Assembly (NCBI GenBank): GCA_964106915.2
Contig: OZ066923.1
Strand: one strand, 5' to 3'
Origin: Podarcis gaigeae
Lineage: Eukaryota
Length of the DNA: 64,000 bases
Shown: piece by piece, positions 14,201 to 27,700 of the stretch
Position numbering within the stretch: position 1 is the stretch's first letter
Layout: every line of letters starts with the position of its first letter
Notes under the pieces: generated by a model
What the model saw: only the letters and a program-made list of their open reading frames with translations
Databases searched by the model: none
Told to the model about the DNA's origin: nothing
Program-made: the position numbers and the translations under genes

Positions 14201-15057
14201 CATACTTCCTGAAATCCTAAAAAAATGGGGTGAAGTAAGTCCTAGTGAACATCAAATTACCAAGTAGACTTGTTTACCTTTAAGGGTAGATCCTCCCAAG
14301 GCAACTATGTGCATAACAATTACACTATTGATATTGTTAATATAGATTTTGGGCTTCTAAGAAATTATGGCATCAGAGAACAGCAATGATGAGAAAGACA
14401 GGCTGCAAGGGTTGGTCATTCCCTCCACCCAATCTAAAGCCCTTCCCAAGGCAAAAGCTGCGTTGAAATGCTTAAGGCTGTTCCTTAATGATAATTCACT
14501 GAAGACAAGCCAGGTTTTGTGGTCAATTTGAGATGTTCATGATAATCTTACAGTGCAATTCTATAGACATGTCTACCTAGACGTCAGTCTCATTAAACTT
14601 AATGGGACTTACTTCGATGAAGGCTGGCATGACTGCAGTCTTAGCAGCAATGACTGTTCAAAATGTTGGCAGGGCACAGGGCAACAACTTTTCATTTTAA
14701 AAAATTAATTTGCCTACTGTCTGAACAGGCTGCACGTGAACCACAAAGTAAGCACTCAGTTTACAATGCAAAAATGGTAATATGAAGCCAGATAAAAGTA
14801 TGCCAAGAGAGTTTAAACCTGTAATCAAGCCATTACATTTAAGACAAGAGTCAAATAGGAATATGAGTTTGATTTTCTGCTCTGGACTAGTCATACAATG
14901 GTAAATATATCTTTTCCAACCACAACTGCAGACTGGGTAAAAACACAGATGTTCTTATGACTCTTAGGACTGCACTAGACATGTGCTAAAAAGAGAGCTT
15001 GAGGACCAAGCTGAAAGTCAGAAACAGTCAAGCATGTTTATGCAACTTTACAAATTG

Positions 15058-15063
15058 TTTATT
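15058..15063 (-). terminator. Candidate NEDD1 polyadenylation signal AATAAA
   Basis: AATAAA on the minus strand ~600 nt past the stop, after an AU-rich 3'UTR-like stretch; cleavage site not verifiable. Confidence 0.5.
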
Positions 15064-15655
15064 CAGTCGGAACAAATTATCAGTATGCCATTAAATTATG
15101 TAAATATGCAACTCACTTGTAACAAAAATCTAAGATTGCATCCTACACCTACAAAGTAACATTTATAGGAAAAAGTCAGTAGCAAAAGAGAATATACAAT
15201 AAAAACTGCATGTGAAACATTTATGTTTTTTCTAGCCAAAGGAAACAAACCAAGACATTGTCATAGAAGTCTTCATTGCAAAAAAATAACTGAAATGCAT
15301 AATAAATTTATCAGAACAAAGCAATTCTTATACAAAATACATTTCCTATTTAGTTTCCCTTTATAAAAAGGCACTTTGTTTATAGCTAAAATTGATTAAT
15401 ACTCTTGTTAAGCCTCTCTTTATAACCAATGTATTTCAAGTTTTCCATAAAAACCCTTTGATATAAACATTATTAGTGCATATTTTTGTATTAATCAGTT
15501 AACTATTGCCTTTTCTATTTTAAAATAAGGTTCTTTAGTGCTGGAAAAAAACACTGAGTTTACACATACTACTTAAGTGTCAGACATATGACATCAGTGT
15601 GCCATAGCACAATAAAAAAAATTCAACTCATTTTCCTTGCATGAACACGGACTTT

Positions 15656-15760
15656 TTAGAAGTGGGCTTGCAATCTTTTATTTTCCTCACGTAATCTCTC
15701 AATTTCAGCTACTAAGCCGTCGTTTACAGAATATCTTTCAAGTAAGGCATGCATTTCATT
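15656..15760 (-). CDS. NEDD1: NEDD1 last coding exon
   Basis: NEMHALLERYSVNDGLVAEIERLREENKRLQAHF-TAA; ctctag| acceptor; 105 nt. Confidence 0.97.
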   Translation of the reverse strand, partial: NEMHALLERYSVNDGLVAEIERLREENKRLQAHF

Positions 15761-18700
15761 CTAGAGGGGGAAAGAACAGAACATTGCATTACTAGAGAAA
15801 AAGATTTTCAAACCCGACTATGCATTTTTATATAGAATACTAATGTTGGAATCAAGGTGGTCAGAAGATATTGGCCTCAGTTCACATGCCATAGCAAGCC
15901 ACAGGCTGAAATAAACTCTGGTTTAGTGTGATTGAGCAGTATGCTCATATACGCTACTCAACTGCACCCACCTTGTTCCTCTCCCCCCCCCCCCCCCTTT
16001 TGCAAAACCACAGAGTGGCTGGCTTAGCATTACATGTGAACAAGTGCTCATGGGTTCTCTCTGTCCAAACTACAAGAAGGAACATTCTCTGGTTTGTGTC
16101 TGACATTGGCAAAGGGTGGGTGCAACTGAGTAGTGTACATGGTAAACAATCGTTTTTCAGACTATGGCTTATTGTGACATGCAAACTGGGCCACTGTAAT
16201 TTTTCCACAGAAAGATATCCATCCCCTTTGAAAATTTGAAGTCAATCACCAAGAATGTAGGAAGTCTGTCTCAAGCACTACTTTCTCAGCAAAGCAATCT
16301 AGTTTCCCTTCCACCCCAAGTATGTGATATTACACTCATCAGACAGTACTATTCTGTGCCCAGCTTTTAAGAATCAACAGATTGCAAGTTAGTTTGCAGT
16401 GTCACTTAGCAAAAATTATAGTATTCCAAACCTAGCAAACCGAGGTTATCAATAATCTCATTGCTCTTTCTAGGATCTTAAAATGAACAAGCAATCCAGA
16501 GTAGGGTTTTCAGCTGAAATGCTTTTAAAACATCTGTACATTTCTGTATATATATTATACATACCAGCTGCACATGAAATTGTTTGATCATCTCCACTTG
16601 CAAATTCACAATGTCACGATGGCAGGCTTCCCTGAAGGAACAAATACCATGCACCTTCAATTCCTGTTCGCAAGTTTACCCATTTCTCTTTGGTTCTTAA
16701 ATTAAAGGTGATTTTCAGGACAAGACTAAACATCTAAATTCAACGATAATGCATATCTTTATCGGAGCCCACAAGAACTAAGATGACATTAGGGAAAGCA
16801 TAGCACCTTCGCAGCAATTAATTTCCAGTACAGTGGTACCACGGGTTAAGAACTTAATTCGTTCTGGAGGTCCGTTCTTAACCTGAAACTGTTCTTAACC
16901 TGAGGTACCACTTTAGCTAACGGGGCTTCCTGCTGCCACTGCGCCTCCACCACGCCATTTCTGTTCTCATCCTGAAGTAAAGTTCTTAACCCAAGGTAGT
17001 ACTTCCGGGTTAGCGGAGTCTGTAACCTGAAGCGTCTGTAACCGAAGCTACCACTGTACTGGGTTCTTAATGAGTCATAGGATCACAGCATTATAGAGTT
17101 CAAAGTGACCCCTAGGGTCATCTAATCATCTAAGGTTAAGGGCACAATTGAAATATCTGATATTTTATTATTTTTGATGCAGCAGCTATGGTCTGTTGCA
17201 GCAGAGAGGCCCATATTGGACTCAGTGCCAAAGCTTGCCAGTAGCTAGACTGGCTTGATGGCCAGTAGATTCTTGAGTAGCTCAGCTCCACCCCAATCCT
17301 GCCTCGAAACACCCCATTTCAGAGATTTGCACCAGCTGCCACTAGTAACTTCCATCCACCCACAATTTACATGGGAGCACATGGAACCTCCATGGCTAGG
17401 CAGAGGGGCACCATCAACTTAAATGCCTTCCAGCACAACAGATCAGGGGTTTGGATTACCACTCAGTAATGCCATAGACTCTGTTTGCTATAAAAAGGTA
17501 AAGGACCCCTGACAGTTAAGTCCAGTCGCAGACGACTCTGGGGTTGCAGCACTCATCTTGCTTTACAGGCCGAGGGAGCCAGCATTTGTCCGCAGACAGT
17601 TTTTCTGGGTGATGTGGCCAGCATGACTAAGCCGCTTCTGGTGCAACGGAACACCGAAACCAGAGCAGCACACAGAAATGCTGTTTACCTTCCTGCCAAA
17701 GCGGTACCTATATATCTACTTTTTGGCGTGCTTTTGAACTGCTAGGTTGGCAGGAGCTGGGACCAAAAGTTGTGGGGATTCGAACCGCTGACCTTCTGAT
17801 CGGCAAGCCCAAGAGGCTCAGTGGTTTAGACCACAGCGCCACCTACACCCCTTTCTGTTTGCTATAGACTATGGTAAATGGAATAGAGACAAACTTTGGA
17901 AGTGAAGGACAAAGTACTAGAACCCCCTCCTCCCTCTGCTTTTTTTTACAAGTCACTCCTTCTAGCCAAGAGGCAATAGCCAGTTTCACAAACCAGGTGC
18001 AAGCAGAATGCTCTGCTATAAGCAAAAGCTAAACAAGGCTAGTAATAAGAACAGAAAAGGAGAAGTCTGATGACAACCCAAGTAGTATTAGTCAACCAAT
18101 ACTGAAAATGTACTATTTCAGATTCCAGGAAATGAAACACACTGAGTGTTTTTTTGCCATAAAATTTATTTTATTATAAATTGGGAAAATGTAATTGCTC
18201 CAGATGCACATTGGAACAGATTCCAGCAAACATTCTTCATTTACAATAAAAGCTTCATGATATGTGCCTACAGATGCACCTGTAAACTGTTGCTCTGTGG
18301 CAGATTGTATTTACTTGAGATGAAGAGAATCTAAGCCATTTTCTGGCTGTTTAAAATGTGCAAGAGCAGCACACTCCAGGGGCTTTGTGAATTAACTTAC
18401 CAACTTCTTGAATTAATTCATACAGAAGTTTGATTATGTCCTGATTGAGTTGTACTACAATAACACACTGATGGGTGGTGGGTTTTTTTGCTCATAAAGT
18501 AACAAGGCTAAGAAAAGATATAGTGATGTCATAGAACGTCACAATGACAAGAGAAGCACTTAAGACACAAATCCAGAGCTAACCCCATTGCTTTCTTAAA
18601 ACCACTCAAAGACAATTAGCTTTCCTGGGGCAGAAAGAATGCTGAAGTGTATATTTGGTAGATAAATTAATGTGATCTATTTCTGATGTGATGCTGAAAT

Positions 18701-21700
18701 GCCAGCCAATTTTATAGCACCCTGCTAACCTTTTCTTTTTTAAGTCGGAGTTGCAGATGCCCATGCCACCTACAGACTATGAAGAACGAAGCCAGTAATT
18801 TGGAGCATTCATATTCACCACAGGGTTGTTGTCAAAACAGCATACTTGAGGCAGGCTTGCAATGCAGCCCAGAGTTAATACTGCAGGTCAGAGGAAGGGA
18901 GAGGTTGGTTCAGAGTCTGCCAAAATTCTCCCATACCTCTCAGGTTGCAGCAAAGGTCACCTTATCCTCTCAAACCTCATCCCTGGCCAAATCTAGTACT
19001 TGACTGCATGAAGCTCATGCTCTATTGACTTGCATGGGAACTGGACACACTTTTTAATATTCATAAACAAAGAAGATGTACCTTAAGACAGACCCAAGCT
19101 AGAGCTGAGATTAGTGCCTTTGATGTGTCTTCTGTTTCTTCAAACACACACCCTCAGCCACAAGTAACCCACACACTCCAGAGATACACTGCAACATCTC
19201 GTTGTCGGGCTCCGCTAAAGTTATTATTTTGCTCAGGCTTTATAAAAACTGATAACTATAGTCAAAGTGTCGATACAACTCAACTTACCTGAAGTTATCC
19301 AGAGTTTCTTGTATCATATTCTGAATGAAATGAATTTGAACGGATGATAAAGGTGCATTCAATCTGCCGCTTCCAACAGTGTCTGCTATTTTTTCCGATA
19401 GCGAATTGGCAACTCCAGCAGTAACCGAAGAAGTTATCTTTGAAGCTATGCAAAGTAAAGTATGAGCATTTCATTTTAACTTGGGGCAAGAAAAGGGGAC
19501 CCAAAAAGATACAGACAACTGCTATATAAACAGGCAAGATGGGCACACCACAGCACACAAGTCACATTATTTCTAATCACCACCTATATTTATGAAATGA
19601 AAACGTTAAGTTCTTGACTGTTCATAAGTGCTGGGATTTAAGAATTTAAAAGCAGGCGCATGACTGGAAATGTGATTGAAGTGCTGGAGTGATTGAAGAC
19701 CATTCCCGGAAAATTACGCAAACTAATTGGCAGAGTACACCATGTGCACAAAGACAGAAACATTAGATTATGCTACATTTTTATTCAGTAGTACATCATA
19801 AATTTTATATATTCAAAAAATATTTAGAGACTGTTGCACTCCCATTACATTCACCCAGGATGCCAAGTCATTAGCCAGTTGATTGTGTTCCATAACAGAA
19901 AGGTGAGATTTAGACCTACTTGCTGAGGTAGGACCGTTCACTGGCGATTCATAGGTCAGTTGTGCCTGAAGGTTCTTAATAAGCCTCTCTCGGGGATCAG
20001 GACTCCTGATTATGTTGGCCAACGGGGAGGTATTCATACTTGTAAACTCAGAGCTGGAGGAACTCAACTTTGTACAGAAGGGGGAAAATAAATGTGAAAG
20101 CCAACACAGCCCCACAAATATAAACATTTCTTGCCTGATAGGTAGTACACTCAGTCATGTGCTGGTCCCTTTGGGACAATCAAAATCAGCACTATCTAGC
20201 AACAACAAAAGCTGTTTAAAAATGGGAGAAAGCTTATTATCTCAATCCACCCCAAGCTGCAGCTTCTAGGAGTTACAGGTGAGAGGTGAGTGCAGCGTGG
20301 AGACCAAAGGTAGATAAACTACCCCAGAAGAAGCTTGACGTGTCCCCTGCTGGAAGCACTATCCCTCTCCCAACACCCCAAAACTGAAAGGGGGTGGGGG
20401 ATGATTTGCATGCATTATGGTGCTCCTAATTTCATGACTATGGTTAGGAAGCAAACAGCCCACGCCAGAACGCACTACTATCCAACATATGCATGTTTCT
20501 ACGCAGCAAAAAGCAGAAACAACAAACAAAAATGCAAGGCGGACAGCTCAAGTCACAGGCAATTAGAATTACAGCATTACCTGTTTGAAATGTTCTCTGG
20601 ACTCTTGTCTTCCATGATTAGTTTTCTTAGCATCAACATCTGGATTCTCATCATCCTCTTTGATAGGAGAGCCAACAAATATATTAAGTGGACTAGAATG
20701 CATTACTTGTGGGCCAGATCCTACTGGATTTTTTCTTACAGGCAATGCAGTGCTGAACTGGGAAAGAAAATCCAGACTGGAAAGGTAAGGTTGAAAATCC
20801 ATACCTAGAATGAAAAGCAAAGTCACACACTTGTGTATTTTTTATTATTTTATTCGTTTCATTTCCATACCACTTTATATTTTAAAGGATTATATTATTT
20901 GTACTGTTTCAACCAAGAATGTTTCCTGAACACAGGTTTAGCATGCACAGTGTAGCAAATATTACACCCCACGCCCCAGTTTGTTTTTACTTACCTTCAT
21001 TTATTGCTACTTATTCTGATTTCCTGTAGCATTAAACCAATTTAGTGTCAGGCTGGGCCCTCAAGAGATACTAAAAATGTACTACAGTAAGTGCTTACCA
21101 TCACTCTTTCCGGGAACATCTTCACTTGTTTTACAAACTGCAACATCTATAGGACAAAGCAATAAAGAGCCAGTGTGGTGTAGTGGTTAAGAGTGGTAGT
21201 CTCGTAATCTGGGGAACCGGGTTCGCTTCCCCGCTCCTCCACATGCAGCTGCTGGGTGACCTTGGGCCAGTCACACTTCTCTGAAGTCTCTCAGCCCCAC
21301 TCACCTCACAGAGTGTTTGTTGTGGGGGAGGAAGGGAAAGGAGAATGTTAGCCGCTTTGAGACTCCTTAAAGGGAGTGAAAGGCGGGATATCAAATCCAA
21401 ACTCTTCTAAATACTGACTGTAAAAAGGGAGGGAAATCCTATACAGGTAGAATCTGAGTAACAGCTCTACCTGATCTTTTGTTCAAACAGTAAACAATTA
21501 CTGCTTAAGTTTTTAATACAGTAGGCATGGTTTGGGGATTAGGCATGGTTTGGGGACTGACCACTATCTAAAGAGGCACCTTATTAATTTGGCTATATTT
21601 TATTTTATTTTAATTGCATATGCTCTATATAGGATGGGCATGACTGCAAGCATTAAGGGTCTTGACTGCAGGATGTAATAGGATGGAGTCCTTTCCAGCA

Positions 21701-24700
21701 CATGTATCTATACAATCTTTTTCCAATGTCAACTTACCATCTCGAAGTGGAGAGAACAAGTCACCTAAACTATTTCTCCCCAAATCATCAGCTGGATTAG
21801 AAGTATTCCCATGATCAATTTCTTTGGAAGGAATTACATCCAAACTGCAGCTGCGTGGAAATCCTAGAAGAGGAACACATCCATTATCCTGAATAAGAGA
21901 GTCATTTTAAATGACAAATTAAGCTTTCTTCACAAAATCTATTAGACACCAGCACTTTCTAGTTCCATAAGCAACATAAATGTTTATGCATAGAAGAGTC
22001 CTACAGGAAGAACAAGACAAGTTTAATATAGTTCAGCCAGGGTATTTAAACACCCTAAAAGACGCTTTAAAAAGGTAGAAGGCTGCCAATAAATAAACTG
22101 GAAACAAGTCCCATAGGAACCAATAGAATTTGGTTCTGAGGGAAGATGTCAAGGATTTGGAAGGAAGTAAAAGCTACTGCCATTATCAATAAGCCTCTGA
22201 CAACAGGTCTAGCAAACACACTAAGGTACAACAAAACCTGTTGTCTTATCACATTAACTGTGTGGACAATAAAATTACTCAGCAGCACCCTATCCTCCAA
22301 AACTGCGATAAGAGGATTCCGCCTTAAGCTTTAATGCTAGCATTACCTAGCAATAAAGATAGCTTTCCTTCAATTTGGCACCCAAAGTGCTTGACAGAAC
22401 TCCCACTCACATTTCCACAAGGAGGTGAACAGGTATGAACTCCATTCATCAAGACAGATTAAGCTGTCAGCTTGAGCTTAGTGAGAAAGCATCACACTTA
22501 ATTGAATGTTTTATATGTACCGAAAAGGATCACAACATACAGATATTTTTTAATGTTTTTATAAAATAGTTAAGATCTAGAATCACGTTCTTCATCTTTA
22601 TTTCAGTCACTTGTGCAGTGGTCTGGGGAAAAAATTAAGTCAGTTGCTAGCAACGATGAATGAACACATGGCTTGAGCTTTCCAAGTCTGTATTCTGGGT
22701 GCGCTTTGGGATGAACTCTGCCAAGAGTAGGATAGGAAGAGTATAACCCTGGTCCTCTTGGCCCCCTCAGTGGCTTTCAGTGTTATCAACCATGGCATCC
22801 TTCTGGTAAAGCTGTCTGGTTCAGTGTTGGAGATACTGTCTCACAGTGGTTCTACTGATACCTGGATAGCGGGTTCCAAAAAGTGGTGCTAGGGGGGCAG
22901 GATATTGCTGTACCCATTGGCAATTATGCTATGGGCTCCACGGGGATATTTTTATCACCATGCCATTTAACATCCAAAGTAAATGACTCAAATAGAAAAT
23001 CCAGAGGTGAGGACTGAGGCATCACCAACAGGTGTACAACATGCAGTTTCCTCTCTCCTTTTCAACTCCTTTTCAGGTGAGGCAGTGGGTGTGCTGAGCC
23101 AATACCTGGGTATGGGAATGGAGCCAGGTTGCTTAGATGATCTTCTCCAACCATATATGCCTGCCTGGACCCTAAGAGACCCTTCTCTGAATGCACCCCA
23201 CCAAATGAGAGGAAGTGGGTGGCTACTGTAAGTATCTTAAATAAAGGAGAATAATAGTATGACTGGCACCCCAGTTGCAGAATATCCTCTACATAGGTGG
23301 TGATAATATTATTATTATTCTTATTCTTATTCTTATTCTTATTCTTATTCTTATTAATACCCCGCCCATCTGGCTGAGTTTTCCCAGCCATTCTGGGCAG
23401 CTACCAACAGAACATTAAACACAGAATAAGACTGCAAACATTAAAAACTTCCATAAATAGGGCTGCCTTCAGATGTCTTCTAAAAGTCAACCGCTAAACA
23501 AACAAAATAGACCAAAAGAGCAGGTGCCATGATCCAAACAACCCTTTCCCCCCCCCCAAAAAAATTAAACATTTGGAGGAGCAGGAGGCCTTTGCAGGCA
23601 CCAAACAGGGTGGCTGAATGTACCCACATATGCCACACTGGGGAGCTCAGCTTTAGACTTTGGGTGTACCTGTTTTCTCTGTTGCTGGGTTTATTCCAAT
23701 ATTATTATAACTTGGTTTAAATTTTCTCTATATTGCATTTTTAAATTTTAAGAATTTGTTTTTTAAAAAAATGTATAACACCCAATAAATACTGTAAGTA
23801 AAGAAATAAAATAAAGGACCAATTAAGCAATTCTTAAAATGGCAACAATTGGCATTTTCGTATTTCCCTCCTTCATGATTCTCACAAGTGCTGGCATCTT
23901 TTTACCAGATTTATCCTGAATGGCATCAGCTCCTTTAACTTCAGCTGTTGGCAAGGATGGGGACAGGAACGTGGCAGGCATGTTAGGAGTAACGTTTTTG
24001 ATCATGCCAGCATTCTGAATCCCTCCAGTATTGCTTGTTGTTTTGATATCAGATCTTTTGCAGGCCTGCTTAGTCAAGGTTGACTTAAGGGTAGACTGAA
24101 ACAGAAATAAGTTAGTCAGAAGTGCTCTACTCTGAAGGGCAAAAGGACAGTCAAGTACTAAGTTACAACTTTCATCTAATACTGCTTCCGATAGGACTCT
24201 AATCCCAAAAATAGCAGACACCATTTATAATACAGTTGTACCTCTACTTATGTATCCCTCCGGATACGTAAACTTTGGGTTGCAAACACGGCAAACCCAG
24301 AAATGTATACTTCTGCATGCACAGAAGCAGTCTGTGCAGAAGCGCTCTATCACTTAATTTGTGATTCTACACAGAAGCAGCACCTCTGGATACAGACTTT
24401 TCAGGTTGCGGACGGACCCCCGGAACAAATTAAGTTCATAGCTGGAGGGTCCACTGTATTGGGAGCGGGGGGGGGGGCGAACAGAGCACTCAAATAGATG
24501 TGTGTTAAGTACACAGAGCCATCAAGCTTTGAAAAAAGGGTCAGTTGTATACAATTCTAACTACAATTACAATGGAAAAGTGATACAGGGCTTAGCACAA
24601 ACATGCCATCTTGTGTGCTTTGGCATATATTGATCATAATTAGGCACATTTTATTTCCATTTTAACCTACACTTATACACTAAAAGCACAAGACATTTAC

Positions 24701-27700
24701 CCTTGAAAAGTTGTTAGAGCACTGTAGTGTTATGCATTTCACAGAGGTTTTGTGAGCACTGACTGATTTCACAGGTGCGGACAGTTTTCTTAGGTCATAA
24801 TGGTATATCTTTCCACGAGAAGATCCAACCACCAAGGAAGTTCCTTCAGGCATGAATTCTACTGCCGTTAGAGGAGATTCTGCTACTAAAGTCTTCAGCT
24901 GCCTTTTTTGTGACGAAGAAACATGTTGAACACCCGAGAAGGGGGGGGGGGAGGGAAGAAAGGACAGCCACAATTTTATTTACAGTTTCCAAAAGAATAG
25001 TTATTTTTCATTAACTCTTCACTTAGCTATTGACCAGGTTAGACTAAAAGGTAGTGTCTGGCCCAATATTACTCAGTGGGCTTCACGGCTAAGCTAAGAC
25101 TTAAACCCAAAGCCAACACTATTATACCACACTGTAATTTTAGTTCTGCTTATTTCCCAATGTTATGTTTAAGTTAATACAATACATAAAACTACATTCT
25201 TCAAGCAGATACACACATTGCTAATGGATGTCCCCTTTCCTCAAACATGACAAGAATTCAAGTGTGTAGGTAGGATGGAAACTGCCAGTGTCAAACAGCT
25301 CCCTGTGGGACTGTCCCCCTTTCAAGTGTCCTCTTGTTCTTTGGAGGACTCAGGGCTCCCTCTGCTTTGGATGCCCAACTCTGGCAGGCCAAGGAAGGCA
25401 GAAGGAATACCCGCAATGAGTACATCCAGCCCAATGAAGAATTCTGGAGATCTTGAGAGCTTGCTCCCTATTTTGCAAACTTTGGTTGGTCCTACTAAAG
25501 GTATTGCTCAACAGTGGGTTTTGGCATTTTCCCTGTGGCTCATATACTGGCTCTGCAGATGCAATAAAGAGACTTTTGCAAACCACAACCATTAAAATGT
25601 CAAAATGTCTCAATTTTAGACACCTCTCATGAAATGTGTGTGTGCCAAATAAGAAAGCTTTCAAGTCAAGCAGAAGGACTCCATCAGCTTTAATATTCCT
25701 ACAAGCAATTCAGTAACTAAGACAACCACACACAAATTGCTTTCCACCATTAAGAAGCACACTCCAAATATTACTTTCACAAAACCAAACCTTGTGGAAC
25801 GTTAAAAGTTCCACACCTAACCATTTTTGTGAAGAAATGCTAAATGTTCCAGTTGCCTCAATCAATTAAAAGGAGACCAAATCAAGCCTCAGTAGACTGG
25901 TTTTATTTTTATTTGTTTGTTGATCAGCAGTGCTTCACAAAATATATAATAGTATGCCATAAATTCCTTTTTATACCACTGAAAAGCACACAGAATTCTG
26001 TCAACAGATAATATTCTGACAAAGGTATACATACTTTTTACTGGTGGTGTCATAGAGAATGATTCTTTTATCCAGACCTACAGTTACAAGTAGCAGCTCA
26101 CTGATGGGAGAAAAACAGATTTCATAGGCCGGAGCTTTATGAGCACTTTCGAAGTTATGATATGGGGCTTGACTGTTGACATCCCACAGAGTTACAGCCC
26201 CACTGTCGGAAACACTACCCAATAATGCTTTCTTAAAGGGAGAATATTTCAAGTGCCGAACAGGCTGAAAATGAAAGAAAACACATTTGCATATGTTAAA
26301 AGTGATGGCCTGCTTTGCCAATGCATACATTTAAACTACAGTACTTGTGTACATTTTTTTAAAAAAACCTCTTTGCTAATTAGTTGGCAAGAGGCTGCAC
26401 CACTGGAATCCTAGTACTAGCCTTACCTTGAAATGCAGCAATATCATCACTTACTTACACAACTTTTAGGTCTTTGCCATCCTTAACACCCAGTTACCGT
26501 AGGTGAAATCTGGCAATAAAGCCTAATCTATTGGGGGAGAAAGGAATTGGAGGGGGGAAACAGCACACCCCTGCTGCTCATTTTGTGGTACAGTGGCAGT
26601 TTCAGCACATTACAACAAAACAGCGAGTGACTGTCTTTGCAGCAGGAGCAGTCATAAATATATATATATAAAATGGGGCGAGCACAAAAGTATTTGTGAA
26701 AAAATCAGCCCCCAATTTTGATTCAACTCTATGAAGTGCTCATGCAGTGCAGCTCCCCACCACAAAAGAGGTTGAATTTGACATGGTATCTAGTAGTGAG
26801 AAACTGAAAAAGTAACACCTAGAAACCCTTTAAGTGAGCATCAGCACTGATACATCTTTATTACAAGAACAGCCATTTCAGATGTTTAGTCAGCAAGTCT
26901 GCCATCCAGGCCTCACTGGAGTGACATGCAATTAAAATTTAACAACTTTTCCAAGCTCGGCATTTTTGCAGTAACAATAGAAACTTGAATCCTGACAAAG
27001 TGCCAAGCTTTTTAAGTCTCAACCATTAAGAGTTTTCAAGAGTGGAGCTGTGATTCAACAAGATACTTTAGACCTGAAATTGATGGAATAATGGGCTTTA
27101 AGTTGAGTGCATTCTTTGTTACTGTTAAGACTTTAAATAACTGTCCTAATTTCAAATCCATGACAATCTACTTTCAAAAACAATCCTTATGGGTTCCTTA
27201 ATGTATTAGGCTTTTAGCATGCTCTGAGTATACATTCTAAAACAATGCAACACGCAAAAGGCACAGGCATATAGGCAATAATAAGAAAACTTTTATTTGC
27301 CTTTCCTCACTCCTCTCCCACAAGCCCCTTTGATGTGGTCTTTGTAGCTAGGAAAATATGCATCTTTGAGGAATCTGCTGCAGCTTCTCTACATTCCCAT
27401 GAAGGACTAACAAAGAAACATGTACCAACCAAGCCAGGTGATGACTATCAGGTATTTAAACTTCCAAAATAGATGTGAGAAAAAGAGAATGCCTGTTTAA
27501 GAAGTCTGTTTAAACAATATTTAGAACAGGCCCTCTCTCTTGAATTAGGGGCAGGGGGAAAGCACCCAGGTTGCAGGAAAAAATTAAGCCACCCACTTTA
27601 TGTCTCTTCCAAGGCTTTTCTAGCTTCTCAAACCCACTGCTTCCATTTGCCTCTCTTTTTCTTTTGTCCCGCATGACAGTTAAGTAAAATAACTCACTCA

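Noticed and set aside
20012-20808. Plus-strand ORFs (85 and 157 aa) overlapping NEDD1 exons; similarly 57475-57858 and 52290-52640
   Set aside because: Antisense shadows of real minus-strand exons.
21167-21245. tRNA-like A/B boxes (also ~9790-9866, ~36940, ~12280)
   Set aside because: These are tRNA-derived SINE heads, mostly continuing into SINE bodies; none forms a complete tRNA gene.
21522-21556. 18-bp tandem duplication taggcatggtttgggga(t)
   Set aside because: Two copies only, intronic; ordinary local duplication.
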